Shown: positions 29,099 to 39,514, counted from the stretch's first letter. The stretch is DNA of 64,000 bases from Candidatus Bathyarchaeum tardum (GCA_024650005.2 CP122380.1:2088573-2152572), one strand, 5' to 3'. Numbers and translations: made by a program. The notes: generated from the letters alone by a model not told the origin.

Positions 29099-30004
29099 TT
29101 AGTTTTTGTAGTCTTCATTGACATAAGCTAGGGCATCTTCTAACTTGTTTTTGAAGTCATATTTTCGCTGGAAAAACGTCAGAACATTTTGAAGGTCCCG
29201 TTCTAGTAATTCTTTTGCGTTCGGATGTTTAAGAGAAATGTTTTGCGGCCAATCAATTATGAGAATGTGCTGGTTTGGCTGAACTATAATGTTGTATGGG
29301 CTGAGGTCACCATGAATCATTTTGACTTTTTGGTATGTTATTTTCACGTTAGCTAGTATCTCGTCATAGGTTGCGTGGGCATCTTCCAATACAGGGTTAC
29401 GAAAAAGCTCTGCACCTTCTATCAAGCTCATAACTAAAACATGGCGATTTTGCATGATTGGTTTGGGAACAGAAACTCCTTGGGGATGTAACAGTTTCAG
29501 GGCAGCGTATTCTTTTTTGGCCGAGATATGAGACTGGTGGTGCCAGTCCGGAGTGTAACTGTATTTTGTGGTATAGTTTCGTTTAAGTTTAGTTTTTTTG
29601 AAACTTGTTCGCCCGATACGATGAAACTTTAAAGCCACTGGGGTTTCATCAGGTGCAAGTGCCTCATAAACATCGGATTCTTTTCCAACCCCCAAAGGCT
29701 TGCCAAGGGCTGTGATTATGTTGGCAGTTACAAGAGCATTAATAGCCAGAATATCATGCCCTGCTGTCGTTAATCGATAGCCAATATATTTTCCGCCCCA
29801 ACCTTGCACTAAACGTTTTTTCATCAAAAGGGGTAATCGATAATCTAGCTCCGAAAACGGAATTTGTGCCTGATTTTGGATGGCATCTTTTGGTGCATAT
29901 TCATAATTTTTCATTTGCTGTTCAAGGGCTTGCAGTAGATGAAAGTCTTCAGGGTCAAGGTTACGAAAGGATCTAACAGCAATGTGAATAGTAGACATAG
30001 TCAA
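29099..30004 (-). CDS. rio2: RIO2-type Ser/Thr kinase
   Basis: N-terminal wHTH, GVGKESDVY, KFHRIGRTSF, HGDLSPYN, IIDWPQ. Confidence 0.92.
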   Translation of the reverse strand: MTMSTIHIAVRSFRNLDPEDFHLLQALEQQMKNYEYAPKDAIQNQAQIPFSELDYRLPLLMKKRLVQGWGGKYIGYRLTTAGHDILAINALVTANIITALGKPLGVGKESDVYEALAPDETPVALKFHRIGRTSFKKTKLKRNYTTKYSYTPDWHHQSHISAKKEYAALKLLHPQGVSVPKPIMQNRHVLVMSLIEGAELFRNPVLEDAHATYDEILANVKITYQKVKMIHGDLSPYNIIVQPNQHILIIDWPQNISLKHPNAKELLERDLQNVLTFFQRKYDFKNKLEDALAYVNEDYKN

Positions 30005-30048
30005 CCAGTATTTGTGAAATCTTCACTTAAAGCAGTTTACTGCAGGCA

Positions 30049-30573
30049 TTAAAGAAAAAAGGCCATTCGATACTCGTCACGATATTTGCCGTTGACGTAA
30101 CTTGCTTTGTGGAAAGTTCCTTCAGTTATAAATCCTGCTTTTTTGTACAAATGAATGGCCCGGTCATTTTCAGCACTTACGTTTAGATGAATTTTTTTCA
30201 ACTTTTTGGTTCGGGCAACATTAATTATGTGTTTGAGCAAAGCATTACCGATACCCATATTCTGGTAATCATCATGAACAGTAAGCCCCAACTCAGCTTT
30301 GTGTTTCAAAGGTTTTTGGGAATTAAACTTTAATGAGGTTGAACCAATGATTCGTTGTTTATCTTTCTCAGTTAACACTGCAACAATTGCTAACAGTTCA
30401 TCATAATCGATCTCATTTGTCCAGTTTTCTATACGGTCTCGAGGAAACGGAGGAAGCAGATACGATGCACTTTTTTTGGAAAGGGTTGAAAACATTACCC
30501 ACAACATTTCAGTATCATCAGGTTGTTCGGGTCGAAAAATGATTTTTAACCCATTTTTTGTAGTGAATTCCAT
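30049..30573 (-). CDS. GNAT family N-acetyltransferase
   Basis: VHDDYQNMGIG, NDRAIHLYKKAGF. Confidence 0.88.
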   Translation of the reverse strand: MEFTTKNGLKIIFRPEQPDDTEMLWVMFSTLSKKSASYLLPPFPRDRIENWTNEIDYDELLAIVAVLTEKDKQRIIGSTSLKFNSQKPLKHKAELGLTVHDDYQNMGIGNALLKHIINVARTKKLKKIHLNVSAENDRAIHLYKKAGFITEGTFHKASYVNGKYRDEYRMAFFL

Positions 30574-30575
30574 TC

Positions 30576-30685
30576 CATCGAGTTGGATAATCCATTAGTT
30601 TATCAACCGTTCATTATTTTTGGGTATGTCACAGTAGACAAGCCAAGGCATCGAGTTGGATAATCCATTAGTTTATCAACCGTTC
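30576..30685. repeat. Two identical 37-bp direct repeats separated by a 36-bp unique spacer
   Basis: CATCGAGTTGGATAATCCATTAGTTTATCAACCGTTC at 30576-30612 and 30649-30685. Confidence 0.9.
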
Positions 30686-30881
30686 TCAAAAGAACAGTAT
30701 TTTATGAATAGGTTATTGAAACTTTTGTTGAATTAATGGGTTACAGAAATATCACATACTATATAGCCTATATAGATTATATGGTTAAAGTATATATTTT
30801 TGGATCATATAGGAGAGACATGAAAAAAAGAAAAGTAAGCGCAAGCTAGAAACCAAAAGAAGGGCAGAGGTGAAAAAATAA

Positions 30882-31004
30882 ATGAAATGTCCAACATGTA
30901 ACTTGGAAATGAAAATAGAAGAACAGCAAGGCTATATGATAAAATACAAATGTGAAGTCTGCAAACGAGCAGAAACCTTGTGGACTGTTTGTGTAACCCC
31001 CTGA
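30882..31004 (+). CDS. 40-aa zinc-ribbon microprotein
   Basis: MKCPTCNLEMKIEEQQGYMIKYKCEVCKRAETLWTVCVTP; GAGGTGA SD; below the ORF-track cutoff. Confidence 0.65.
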   Translation: MKCPTCNLEMKIEEQQGYMIKYKCEVCKRAETLWTVCVTP

Positions 31005-31066
31005 ACACAAAAGTCAAAAATTAAACAATAATCATATTTCAAACTAATTTTGCGAATAAACCAATT

Positions 31067-31489
31067 TTATCCAAATTTGATTACTTTCTTGGGGTCAAAA
31101 TTGGTTTCCATAGTCCAAAAAATAGGCTTCACCTTTAGCAACGCGGAAAAGAATCACATCAGGATTCTCAGGTGAAACCCCAAGCCTTTAAGAACTGACG
31201 CTCTTCAATCAGTTTTGCCTTCAATTTCACATCATCCACAAATTCAACAGTGCCAGTTACCCGCATCATAGTTCCAGCATTTTCTGATTGATGATAAAAA
31301 CACACTTCAACTTTGTTATTTGTTTTTAACTGGGAATATATTGGTTTCATGGCACCTGTATGAAAATAGAAGCCAGTTTCGTCAGCAACCACATTAAAAA
31401 TCATCTTACTCGCTGTTGGTTTCCTTCAACAGTAGCTAAATAACTTGCAGGTTTTCGTTAGCAAAATTGATACAATCTTTAAAATTCAT
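31067..31489 (-). pseudogene. Pyridoxamine 5'-phosphate oxidase family (FMN split-barrel) gene with several frameshifts
   Basis: Fragments MNFKDCINFANEN / YLATVEGNQQRVR / ADETGFYFHTG...VEVCF / WTMETNFDPK lie in different frames. Confidence 0.75.
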
Positions 31490-31565
31490 TTGTTTTCTAT
31501 CTCCCAGATAAAAATAAACATGAAATAATATTAAATTTTCTAACAATAAAGTTAGTTAGAGACAA

Positions 31566-32069
31566 ATGATGAATACAAATTTAGCAACAGCTTGTGGACT
31601 TTTTTGTGGAAACTGTGAACATCTAGAAACAAAATGCAAAAGCTGCGGAACCCAAAGGGGCAAACCGTTTTGGACAGTTATGATAAAAATTGAATGTTGC
31701 CCACTTTACAATTGTTCTGTAAACACGAAACATCTAGAACATTGCGGTTTATGCGAAGAGTTCCCATGTGAAACATTCAATCAATTACGCGACCCAGCCC
31801 TAAATGATGAAGAAGCAAAAAATGCCCTTGTAGAAAGGCAGAACGACCTCATCAAAAGGAAAGAAATTCGAACACAAGAATGGTTGAAACAAAAACAGAA
31901 AGGATTTAGCTACAACTCAACTAGTTTTACAGACTCTAAAGAGCGTCCAATCATTCCTTGGATGTCCAGTTTTTCTTCGGCTTTTAGAACGTCTTCCAGT
32001 TTTGCTTTTGTAGAAGGCTGGTACGGAACAGCACCACAACCTGAAGCTTTTCGGGTTGAGATTTTGTAG
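31566..32069 (+). CDS. DUF3795 Cys-rich protein (natural end probably near 31910)
   Basis: ACGLFCGNC...C..C...CPLYNC...HCGLCEEFPC. Confidence 0.8.
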   Translation: MMNTNLATACGLFCGNCEHLETKCKSCGTQRGKPFWTVMIKIECCPLYNCSVNTKHLEHCGLCEEFPCETFNQLRDPALNDEEAKNALVERQNDLIKRKEIRTQEWLKQKQKGFSYNSTSFTDSKERPIIPWMSSFSSAFRTSSSFAFVEGWYGTAPQPEAFRVEIL

Positions 32070-33103
32070 GTTCCAATTTTTCGAGCTATTGCTTCAGTTT
32101 CGTGCTTGTCAAAACCTAACAAGGGTCTATGAACAGGATATTCTGTAATTGACTCACTAAGGACTCTCAAGTTGGTCATTGTTTGGCTGGCTTGTTCCCC
32201 TATGGCTTCCCCAGTAACGATTCCTTCAGCATGCAACTGTTCAGCAAGGCGTTCTGCAACCCGATACATCATACGTTTACACAAAAGACAGGTGTACTTT
32301 CGGTTAGTTTCCATAATTTGTCTGAGGTTTTCACCGTGTTGAACCACGTACATTTTACGTGGACCCCCAATTGCCCAGCTAAACACTGCTTCTGCAACTT
32401 TGAGGGCTTTTTTTGTTACATTTTCATCAGTAAAGGGAGAATTATCAAAATAAACAGGAACAACTGGGCTGCCCCGTTTCATCACCAGCCAACAAGCAAC
32501 TGGAGAATCTATGCCGCCACTAAACAAACCAATAACTCGGGGCTGAACCCCTAGGGGCATTCCGCCAACAGCGTCAACTGTTTGTGAATAAACAAAGGCT
32601 TGATTATCTCTGATTTCAACCCCTAAAACTACGTCAGGATTACCCAGATTAACCGATAAACCGAGCTCATCCCCAAAAGTGTCCAAGACCTTTTGACCCA
32701 ATATCTTGCGAACGTCAGAACTAGAATAATTGTGATCACCAACGCGTTTGCATTTTACAGCGAAACTGTTTCCAGTTTTTAGTACATGCTTTACCAAAAG
32801 TAGACCTTTTTCAATTATTTCATCAAGGTTGGAACTAATTTCAACTGCAGGAGAAAGGGAAGAAACACCAAAAACCCGAGACAATTTGTCAGCAGCATCG
32901 ACTGCACAAGAAGTTTTCATATAGAATCTGCCGTGTTTTCGAACAAGTTCAGTGTATTCAATGTTGTAATGTTTCAGGGTCTGCCTTAGGTTTCTGGAAA
33001 GCTTTTTTTCGTAATATTTTCGGGTCCAAAGTTTTTTGAGCCATAACTCGCCACTGAAACGAACAATAACTGTATCGTAAATACTGTTTAGACTAACTTC
33101 CAC
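31910..33103 (-). CDS. thiI: tRNA 4-thiouridine synthase
   Basis: THUMP domain, SGGIDSPVA PP-loop, CLLCKR, GEAIGEQASQT. Confidence 0.93.
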   Translation of the reverse strand: MEVSLNSIYDTVIVRFSGELWLKKLWTRKYYEKKLSRNLRQTLKHYNIEYTELVRKHGRFYMKTSCAVDAADKLSRVFGVSSLSPAVEISSNLDEIIEKGLLLVKHVLKTGNSFAVKCKRVGDHNYSSSDVRKILGQKVLDTFGDELGLSVNLGNPDVVLGVEIRDNQAFVYSQTVDAVGGMPLGVQPRVIGLFSGGIDSPVACWLVMKRGSPVVPVYFDNSPFTDENVTKKALKVAEAVFSWAIGGPRKMYVVQHGENLRQIMETNRKYTCLLCKRMMYRVAERLAEQLHAEGIVTGEAIGEQASQTMTNLRVLSESITEYPVHRPLLGFDKHETEAIARKIGTYKISTRKASGCGAVPYQPSTKAKLEDVLKAEEKLDIQGMIGRSLESVKLVEL

Positions 33104-34542
33104 TTGGGTCCCTCTGCAGTATCTTCAATAATTAAACCAGTTTTTTTCATTCGGGCTCGAATTTCATCTGACAAATCATATTCGCCTTTTTTTCGTAATT
33201 CCTCTCTCAAATCAAAAAGCAAATGAACCAAATCAGCAGTTACCTGTCCACCAACATCCTTAGGTTTCTCTTGCTGGAACAAACCCAACGCCTTCCCAAG
33301 CCCTGAAAAACTGTAATAAACCTGTTCCAAAACACCAGAACTCACCTGCTTTTGCTCAGCCAAAAATCTGTTAATCTCTTTGGACATATCAAAAAGAGCA
33401 GCTAACGCCTGCGGAGTATTGAAATCTTCATCCATGGCGTTCACGAAATCTTCCTCAAGTTTCGCAACATTTTCACTAAATATTTGTTCAGACTGAGTTG
33501 ATTCTCGTTTCACTGAAACTTTTTTGGCATCTTCCAAAGATTCCAAACTACTATAGAGACGATTCAAACTAGTTTCAGCACCCTTCAATCGTTCATCTGT
33601 AAAGTCTATTTCACTTCGGTAATGAGTGGACATGACAAAAAGGCGTATAGCATCCGCAGAATGTTTCTTTAGAGCGTCACGAACAGTAATGTAGTTACCT
33701 AAAGATTTTGCCATCTTTTCTCCGTTGATTTTCAGAAAACCGGTATGCAACCAATACTTAACAAAGGGCTTAGTGCCTGTAATCGATTCACTTTGAGCAA
33801 TCTCATTCTCGTGATGAGGAAAAATCAAATCACGGGCGCCCCCATGAATATCAAACTGTTTTCCCAGATACTTCAAACCCATAACCGCACATTCAATGTG
33901 CCATCCCGGAAAACCATAACCCCATGGGCTCCACCATTTTAGCACAGTTTCGGGTTCAGCCCGTTTCCACAAGGCAAAATCTCGTGAATTTTTTTTATCC
34001 GAGTGAACTTCAAATCGAGAACCTTCAAGCATTTCATCTAGTTTAATTTTGGACAATTTACCATAATCAGCTAGTTTGGAAATGTCAAAAAACACGTTAC
34101 CGTTTACTTCATAGGCAAATCCATTCTTAAGCAAGGATTGAATCGAGTCAATCATATCAAGAAGATGACCAGTAGCCCGAGGAGAAATATCTGGACGCTT
34201 AACACCTAAGGCATCAAGATCTTTGAAGTATTCACGCATGTAAAACTCCACTAACTGCATGGGTTCAACTTTTCGTTCTATGGCACGTTTTGTGATTTTG
34301 TCTTCTGCGGTATCGGTAGTAAGGTGCCCCACGTCAGTGATGTTTTGAACATAAAAAACAGAGTAGCCCTTGAACTCCAACCAACGAACAATAACGTCAA
34401 AAGCAAGATACGTTCGGGCATGACCCAGATGAGCCCAATCATAAACTGTGGGTCCACAGACATACAATCCGACTTGTTTCTCATGTAATGGCACAAACTC
34501 TTCCATCTGACCGCTCATCGTGTTAAAAACTCGCAAACCCAT
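33088..34542 (-). CDS. cysS: Cysteine--tRNA ligase
   Basis: CGPTVYD.AHLGHAR, PGWHIEC, HHENE, KMAKS. Confidence 0.97.
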   Translation of the reverse strand: MGLRVFNTMSGQMEEFVPLHEKQVGLYVCGPTVYDWAHLGHARTYLAFDVIVRWLEFKGYSVFYVQNITDVGHLTTDTAEDKITKRAIERKVEPMQLVEFYMREYFKDLDALGVKRPDISPRATGHLLDMIDSIQSLLKNGFAYEVNGNVFFDISKLADYGKLSKIKLDEMLEGSRFEVHSDKKNSRDFALWKRAEPETVLKWWSPWGYGFPGWHIECAVMGLKYLGKQFDIHGGARDLIFPHHENEIAQSESITGTKPFVKYWLHTGFLKINGEKMAKSLGNYITVRDALKKHSADAIRLFVMSTHYRSEIDFTDERLKGAETSLNRLYSSLESLEDAKKVSVKRESTQSEQIFSENVAKLEEDFVNAMDEDFNTPQALAALFDMSKEINRFLAEQKQVSSGVLEQVYYSFSGLGKALGLFQQEKPKDVGGQVTADLVHLLFDLREELRKKGEYDLSDEIRARMKKTGLIIEDTAEGPKWKLV

Positions 34543-34851
34543 AAATTTTCACCTAAATTTTAACCAAACACGTCACAAACAGATTACAACGTAACAATTA
34601 AACAAAAAATAGGACATCACCGATTTAAACCTAATCAAAAAAGTGTTGCGTCAAACAAATAATCTATGAAAATTGGGTTTGGCGACCTGAAAAATTGTTT
34701 TTATTTAAAACAAAGAACTTTAAAAAAGGATTAAATCCCCAAAAAATGTCGCTTTTACGAAAGATTTTGTGTATAGATTCGGGATTCATTAAACCTAAAT
34801 ATATTTAACATAGCAAGTCTTATCAAAGAATACTTAAGAGTTGCAGAAAGT

Positions 34852-35352
34852 TTGCCGAAAAAATCTCCAGCTATTATTTGTCCAAATCCGAAGTGTGGAA
34901 AAGAAATCGAAGAGTCGGTAATGTTAAATATTCTTTCTGTTACGCCACCAAAAAAGTACGAAGCTTGTCCATATTGTTTTAGTGAACTGGATAAAGAAGC
35001 AATAATCAAGAAAGAAAAAGGCATAGAAACATCCAAAAAACCTGAAGAACCCCGCAGGGAGGAAATAAAAGAATCCGTTTCGGGGGTATTTGACAAAGTT
35101 AAATCATTGATTCCAAACAGCAAAGACAGGAACGAAGAAATTCAAGAAAAACCCACATTCAAAAAAGAAAAACCAAGAGAAGATTATTCTAACAAAAAAG
35201 AGAAAGAAAAATCGTCCAAAACAGACACAAAATCCGGTTGCCCAGAACGTTTTGGTTACTTAGCTAATCGTCCAAACGATGAACCCATTCCTCAGTATTG
35301 TCTGACATGCCCAAAAATGGTTGACTGCATGTTAAGTCCAAAAGAGGAATAA
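34852..35352 (+). CDS. Hypothetical Cys-motif (zinc-binding) protein with charged linker
   Basis: CPNPKC...CPYC and C...FGYL...CLTCPKMVDC. Confidence 0.7.
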   Translation: MPKKSPAIICPNPKCGKEIEESVMLNILSVTPPKKYEACPYCFSELDKEAIIKKEKGIETSKKPEEPRREEIKESVSGVFDKVKSLIPNSKDRNEEIQEKPTFKKEKPREDYSNKKEKEKSSKTDTKSGCPERFGYLANRPNDEPIPQYCLTCPKMVDCMLSPKEE

Positions 35353-35491
35353 ACGAAGATCGACAGCATCAACAAGGTTAAAAAAATTTTGAATATAGTT
35401 CACATATACTGGCAAGTAGATTTTAGCAAAAAAGTTTCAAGAACAATTTAATAGCATCTCAAGAAACAAATCAGGTTAACGGTGAACCTGA

Positions 35492-36511
35492 GTGTCTGAG
35501 GCGCCACGAATTCATTCAAAAGCTAACGTAAGCAAAACAGGTGCAATACTGTTAGGAAAACATGTTGCATGTGACGCCTACCACGATTCCAGACCAATTC
35601 GAGTTGTTTCTCACGCTCATTCAGACCATATGGTTGGTGTGGGAAAGAGCCTAAAAAACTGCGAAGCAACAGTAATGACTCCTGCAACAAAAGATCTGAT
35701 TGACGCCCTAAAAGGTCCACGATGGCTAGCCAGAGGTCCCGTGAAAACAGTGGATTATGGGGAAAAATTCACGTATGGCAACGAAACATTGACCTTTCAT
35801 TACGCAGATCACATTTTGGGAACAGCACAAACCTTAGTTGAAGATAAAGACAATACACGAATACTGTATACCAGCGACTTTAGATATTCCCGAACACCCT
35901 TAGTGGAAACTGACATACTTGTTATGGAGGCAACTTACGGTCACCCAGTTCGGGTTAGACCCTTCAGCATGATGGTTGAAGGCATGCTTGTTTCAATGGT
36001 GGAACAGGGTTTGAAAAAAGGACCAGTATACGTTTTTGGGTATCATGGCAAGCTACAAAAAATGATGCAAATATTATATGAGGCAAAAATCAAAACCCCA
36101 TTTATTGTTCCAGAAAAAATTTTTAAAGTATCAAAAATATGTGAGCAACATGGAATGAAACTAGGCAAGAGGCTTCTTGATTTTGACTCAGATAAAGCGC
36201 AATCCATGTTAACTCAAAACGAATCGTCTGTTGTCTTTTATCATTCATATTCTCGCAAAAAAGTTGAAAACGAAGCTTTACAAATCCACGCGAGCGGGTG
36301 GGAGTTCCAAAAGCCTTGTCGAAAAGTAGGCACTAACAAGTATGTGGTTGCTTTAAGTGACCATTCAGACTTCAATGAGTTACTAGAGTATGTAGAACGT
36401 TGCAAACCAAAACTGGTAATCACTGACAGGCACAGGTCAGAAGCAGCAAACATTTTTGCAAAAGAAATTGAAAAACGATTAAAAATACCCGCCAGAGCAG
36501 CACCCTCATAA
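35492..36511 (+). CDS. Beta-CASP/MBL-fold nuclease
   Basis: SHAHSDH, HILG, YTSDF, EATYG, LSDHSDF. Confidence 0.85.
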   Translation: MSEAPRIHSKANVSKTGAILLGKHVACDAYHDSRPIRVVSHAHSDHMVGVGKSLKNCEATVMTPATKDLIDALKGPRWLARGPVKTVDYGEKFTYGNETLTFHYADHILGTAQTLVEDKDNTRILYTSDFRYSRTPLVETDILVMEATYGHPVRVRPFSMMVEGMLVSMVEQGLKKGPVYVFGYHGKLQKMMQILYEAKIKTPFIVPEKIFKVSKICEQHGMKLGKRLLDFDSDKAQSMLTQNESSVVFYHSYSRKKVENEALQIHASGWEFQKPCRKVGTNKYVVALSDHSDFNELLEYVERCKPKLVITDRHRSEAANIFAKEIEKRLKIPARAAPS

Positions 36512-36601
36512 AAAAGGCAGGTTACCAAATAAGAAAACAAACCCAAAAAATTACAACATATCAAATACCCAAATTCTTATTATCTTTCATTAACGTGAAG
36601 T

Positions 36602-36985
36602 GTGTATAATGGAAGTGTTTGCATGGAAGATCCAATTATCAAAGCTGAATCGTTCAAAGAAGTAATTATTATGGAACAAACCCACTTCAAGACAGTAGAC
36701 GATCTAGCAAGATTTACAAACATTACAGTAGGGGGAAAACCAGCAGGACTGTACTGGGCAAATGGTGTGGTCTTCGTTTATTATCCATTACCAATTTCAA
36801 CTGAAATCGCTGCAAAAGCATTAATTGAAGAAAAAAAAGTTTACTGGGCTTTTGTGAGTTACGCACTCATGCCCCAATATAAAGCAATAATTGAAACAAA
36901 AGAAAGGATAATGGTGCCAGTCATAGACATGTCCACCAATAACTTGTTCGTAAAGGTTGCTAAATGGCTTAAAGAACAAGTTTAA
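36602..36985 (+). CDS. Conserved archaeal hypothetical protein
   Basis: DDLARF...LYWANGVVF...VPVID; ORF track. Confidence 0.7.
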   Translation: MYNGSVCMEDPIIKAESFKEVIIMEQTHFKTVDDLARFTNITVGGKPAGLYWANGVVFVYYPLPISTEIAAKALIEEKKVYWAFVSYALMPQYKAIIETKERIMVPVIDMSTNNLFVKVAKWLKEQV

Positions 36986-38511
36986 GCTTTCTTTGACCAA
37001 TTTTCTTTTCGAGTTTCAAACAAATTTTTTCGTTTCAGAAATTCTTCGACATAATTGTCAAAACAGCCGGTTTTCTTAAGATAAGTTCCATACCGAGAAA
37101 GGGCAGCCATAGCACGAGCAGCATCTTCAGGGGATAAGTAAGCAGGGATTCCAAGCTTGTCAAATTTTGAACGAATGTGAAGAGCCATTTCCGTTTCGCC
37201 AATGTCACAAGCAACAAGTGATTTTTTGTATTTTTTACTTAACTCATAAACACGATCAACAAAGTCGTCCTGAAGAGCAGGAAGATGGTGCAGACCTAAA
37301 ACAATAATTCCGTCGATATTTGGGTCTTCGAAAAGTATTTTGATTCCTTCTTCAAACATTTCAGAAGTTACAGAGCCAGTTAAGTCAACAGGGTTATAGT
37401 TAGTTGCGAACCTGGGAATCTTTCCGTCAGTTTTTAGTTTTTCAAACTTTGCTAATGTTTCTTCAGAGAACCTGTCCACGTTAAGTCCTTGAGCAATACA
37501 CTCATCGACACACATAATTCCAGGTCCACCAGCGTCTGTTATAATTGCTACATTTTTTCCAGCAATTGGTGCCTGAAAAGCTAGGGCTTTACCCATGTCA
37601 AAAAATTCTTCAAGGTCGTTTGCTCTCAAAACGCCAACTTGTTTGAAGGCACTAGAATAAATCTCATCAGAACCAGCAATAGAACCAGTGTGAGACGCAG
37701 CAGCACGAGCTCCTGCAACGGATCGACCTACTTTTAGAGCGATAATAGGTTTTTTGCAAGTAACCGTTCGTGCAACGTCCATGAATTCTCGTCCTTTATC
37801 AATACTTTCTGCGTACATGAGCATAACACGGGTTTTTTCGTCATATAACAGGTACTTGAGCATCTCTGAAGCGGTTACGTCGGCTTTGTTACCGAAACTT
37901 ACGAATTTACTTACGCCCATCTGTTTACCAGCCAAGTAATCCAAAGCGGCTGCACCAAAGGCACCACTCTGAGTGACTACAGCTATAGGTCCAGGTCGGG
38001 GTCGTGGTGTGGCAATTACTTCATCTCCAGTGCCTAAGGTCTTTGTTTCTGGAAGGAACAACATGTCTACACCGGTTGATGAATCGTAGACACCTAGACA
38101 GTTTGGACCAAGAACACGGATTCCAGCTTTTTTGGCAATGTCTGCTACTTCTTGTTCTAGTTCATGATTTCCAATTTCACTAAATCCAGAAGTAATAATT
38201 GCAGCAGCTTTTACTTTCTTTTCTGCAAGTTCATGCATAACACCTGGAACAAAATTTGCAGGAACAACAATAACAGCCAAATCAATGTCATCATTTATGT
38301 CCAATATTGAAGGATAACATTTGAATCCCTGTATTGTTTTTTCAGTAGGATTGACAGGATACAATTTTCCTTTGAACAGGTTTCGTTGACTGTTAATAAC
38401 AAAGTTTTTGAAGATAACGTGTCCTGCCTTCATTGTTCGGCGAGATGCACCAATAACGGCAACTGCTTTTGGGTCAAAGAAGGTGTCCATTTGTTCCAAG
38501 AATGCTTTCAT
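36982..38511 (-). CDS. acdA: ADP-forming acetate--CoA ligase, alpha subunit
   Basis: VAVIGAS, LGPNCLG, QSGA, SHTGSIAG, NPVDLTG. Confidence 0.9.
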   Translation of the reverse strand: MKAFLEQMDTFFDPKAVAVIGASRRTMKAGHVIFKNFVINSQRNLFKGKLYPVNPTEKTIQGFKCYPSILDINDDIDLAVIVVPANFVPGVMHELAEKKVKAAAIITSGFSEIGNHELEQEVADIAKKAGIRVLGPNCLGVYDSSTGVDMLFLPETKTLGTGDEVIATPRPRPGPIAVVTQSGAFGAAALDYLAGKQMGVSKFVSFGNKADVTASEMLKYLLYDEKTRVMLMYAESIDKGREFMDVARTVTCKKPIIALKVGRSVAGARAAASHTGSIAGSDEIYSSAFKQVGVLRANDLEEFFDMGKALAFQAPIAGKNVAIITDAGGPGIMCVDECIAQGLNVDRFSEETLAKFEKLKTDGKIPRFATNYNPVDLTGSVTSEMFEEGIKILFEDPNIDGIIVLGLHHLPALQDDFVDRVYELSKKYKKSLVACDIGETEMALHIRSKFDKLGIPAYLSPEDAARAMAALSRYGTYLKKTGCFDNYVEEFLKRKNLFETRKENWSKKA

Positions 38512-38538
38512 GATCTTAATACTCCTTGTATCTGAATT

Positions 38539-39414
38539 TTAACACTCATTTTTGTGCGTTTTGGATTTTATTTCCTTAAATCGGATAATTACTACGGGCC
38601 GATGCTCAGTTTGCTCAAGCATCTCCCAAGTAACTCCTGTCAAACTAACCTTAAAGTTTTTAGCCATATCCCAAACAGTCCGACCAGCCCCTGCACCACG
38701 AGTTCGGTTAGCAATTTTTGCAACTTCAATAGCGTCATCAGTTGACAATCTAGAACCAGATAAAGCTAAAGGCGTAGCTCGTTTTTTAAGTTTAAGGGAC
38801 CACCCAACAACATACGCAACAAATCCGCCAAATGAAAAAATTCCTTTTATTGGTTTTGGACGAGGCGTAAAATGAAATCCATTCAAAGAATATGTTTTGT
38901 CAGTATCCACAACTGCAACTGAAACTTTTTTTCCAAGTTCATTGTAGATTCGTTCCCTAAGTTCATAAACAATCTTTTCTGCATTTTCTAGGGGAAGACA
39001 AACATAAGAAAAAGGCAAATTGCTTCCGTCAATTCCACCTTCTGAGCCATGCATCAATGCATGAAAAAAACCACTTCGCTGTAACGCTAACTGTTTGTGG
39101 CGACTTCCTTCTTCAACAGGATAACAACGAAGATCATCTATTGTTTTTTTTCTCAAATGACAAACAGGTCCCAGAACATAAGGCCAAGCTATGCGCATCC
39201 AGTATTTGGCAATGAAACGTGCAAGACGGCTCGGTTTGATTTTGCTTTCGTCAACTATGTTGCCAAGGGCGGTGGAAATTGCTTTCTCTGATACAGTGAC
39301 AAAGTCTCCATCAGCGACAACATGTTTTATGGCTTCAATTATGTCTTTGATATAATCATCGTTTGGTTTCCAGTATCTGGTTTTAACTGCCAGAGCTTTG
39401 TATTTTCCAGCCAC
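38539..39414 (-). CDS. CofE-like gamma-glutamyl ligase family protein
   Basis: VSEKA, GGIDGSNLP, VVDTD, RGAGAG. Confidence 0.75.
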   Translation of the reverse strand: MAGKYKALAVKTRYWKPNDDYIKDIIEAIKHVVADGDFVTVSEKAISTALGNIVDESKIKPSRLARFIAKYWMRIAWPYVLGPVCHLRKKTIDDLRCYPVEEGSRHKQLALQRSGFFHALMHGSEGGIDGSNLPFSYVCLPLENAEKIVYELRERIYNELGKKVSVAVVDTDKTYSLNGFHFTPRPKPIKGIFSFGGFVAYVVGWSLKLKKRATPLALSGSRLSTDDAIEVAKIANRTRGAGAGRTVWDMAKNFKVSLTGVTWEMLEQTEHRPVVIIRFKEIKSKTHKNEC

Positions 39415-39514
39415 AGTGCATCACCGTAAGGTTTAGGTCTGTTTGGTAAATCGTAGAGGTTCAATAAATAGATAATATTTTGTAGGAAGAATGCATTTCA
39501 GAACATAGAAAACG

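Noticed and set aside
30576-30685. Calling this a bona fide CRISPR array
   Set aside because: Only two repeats, no cas genes, no typical repeat terminus; kept as a repeat and a finding
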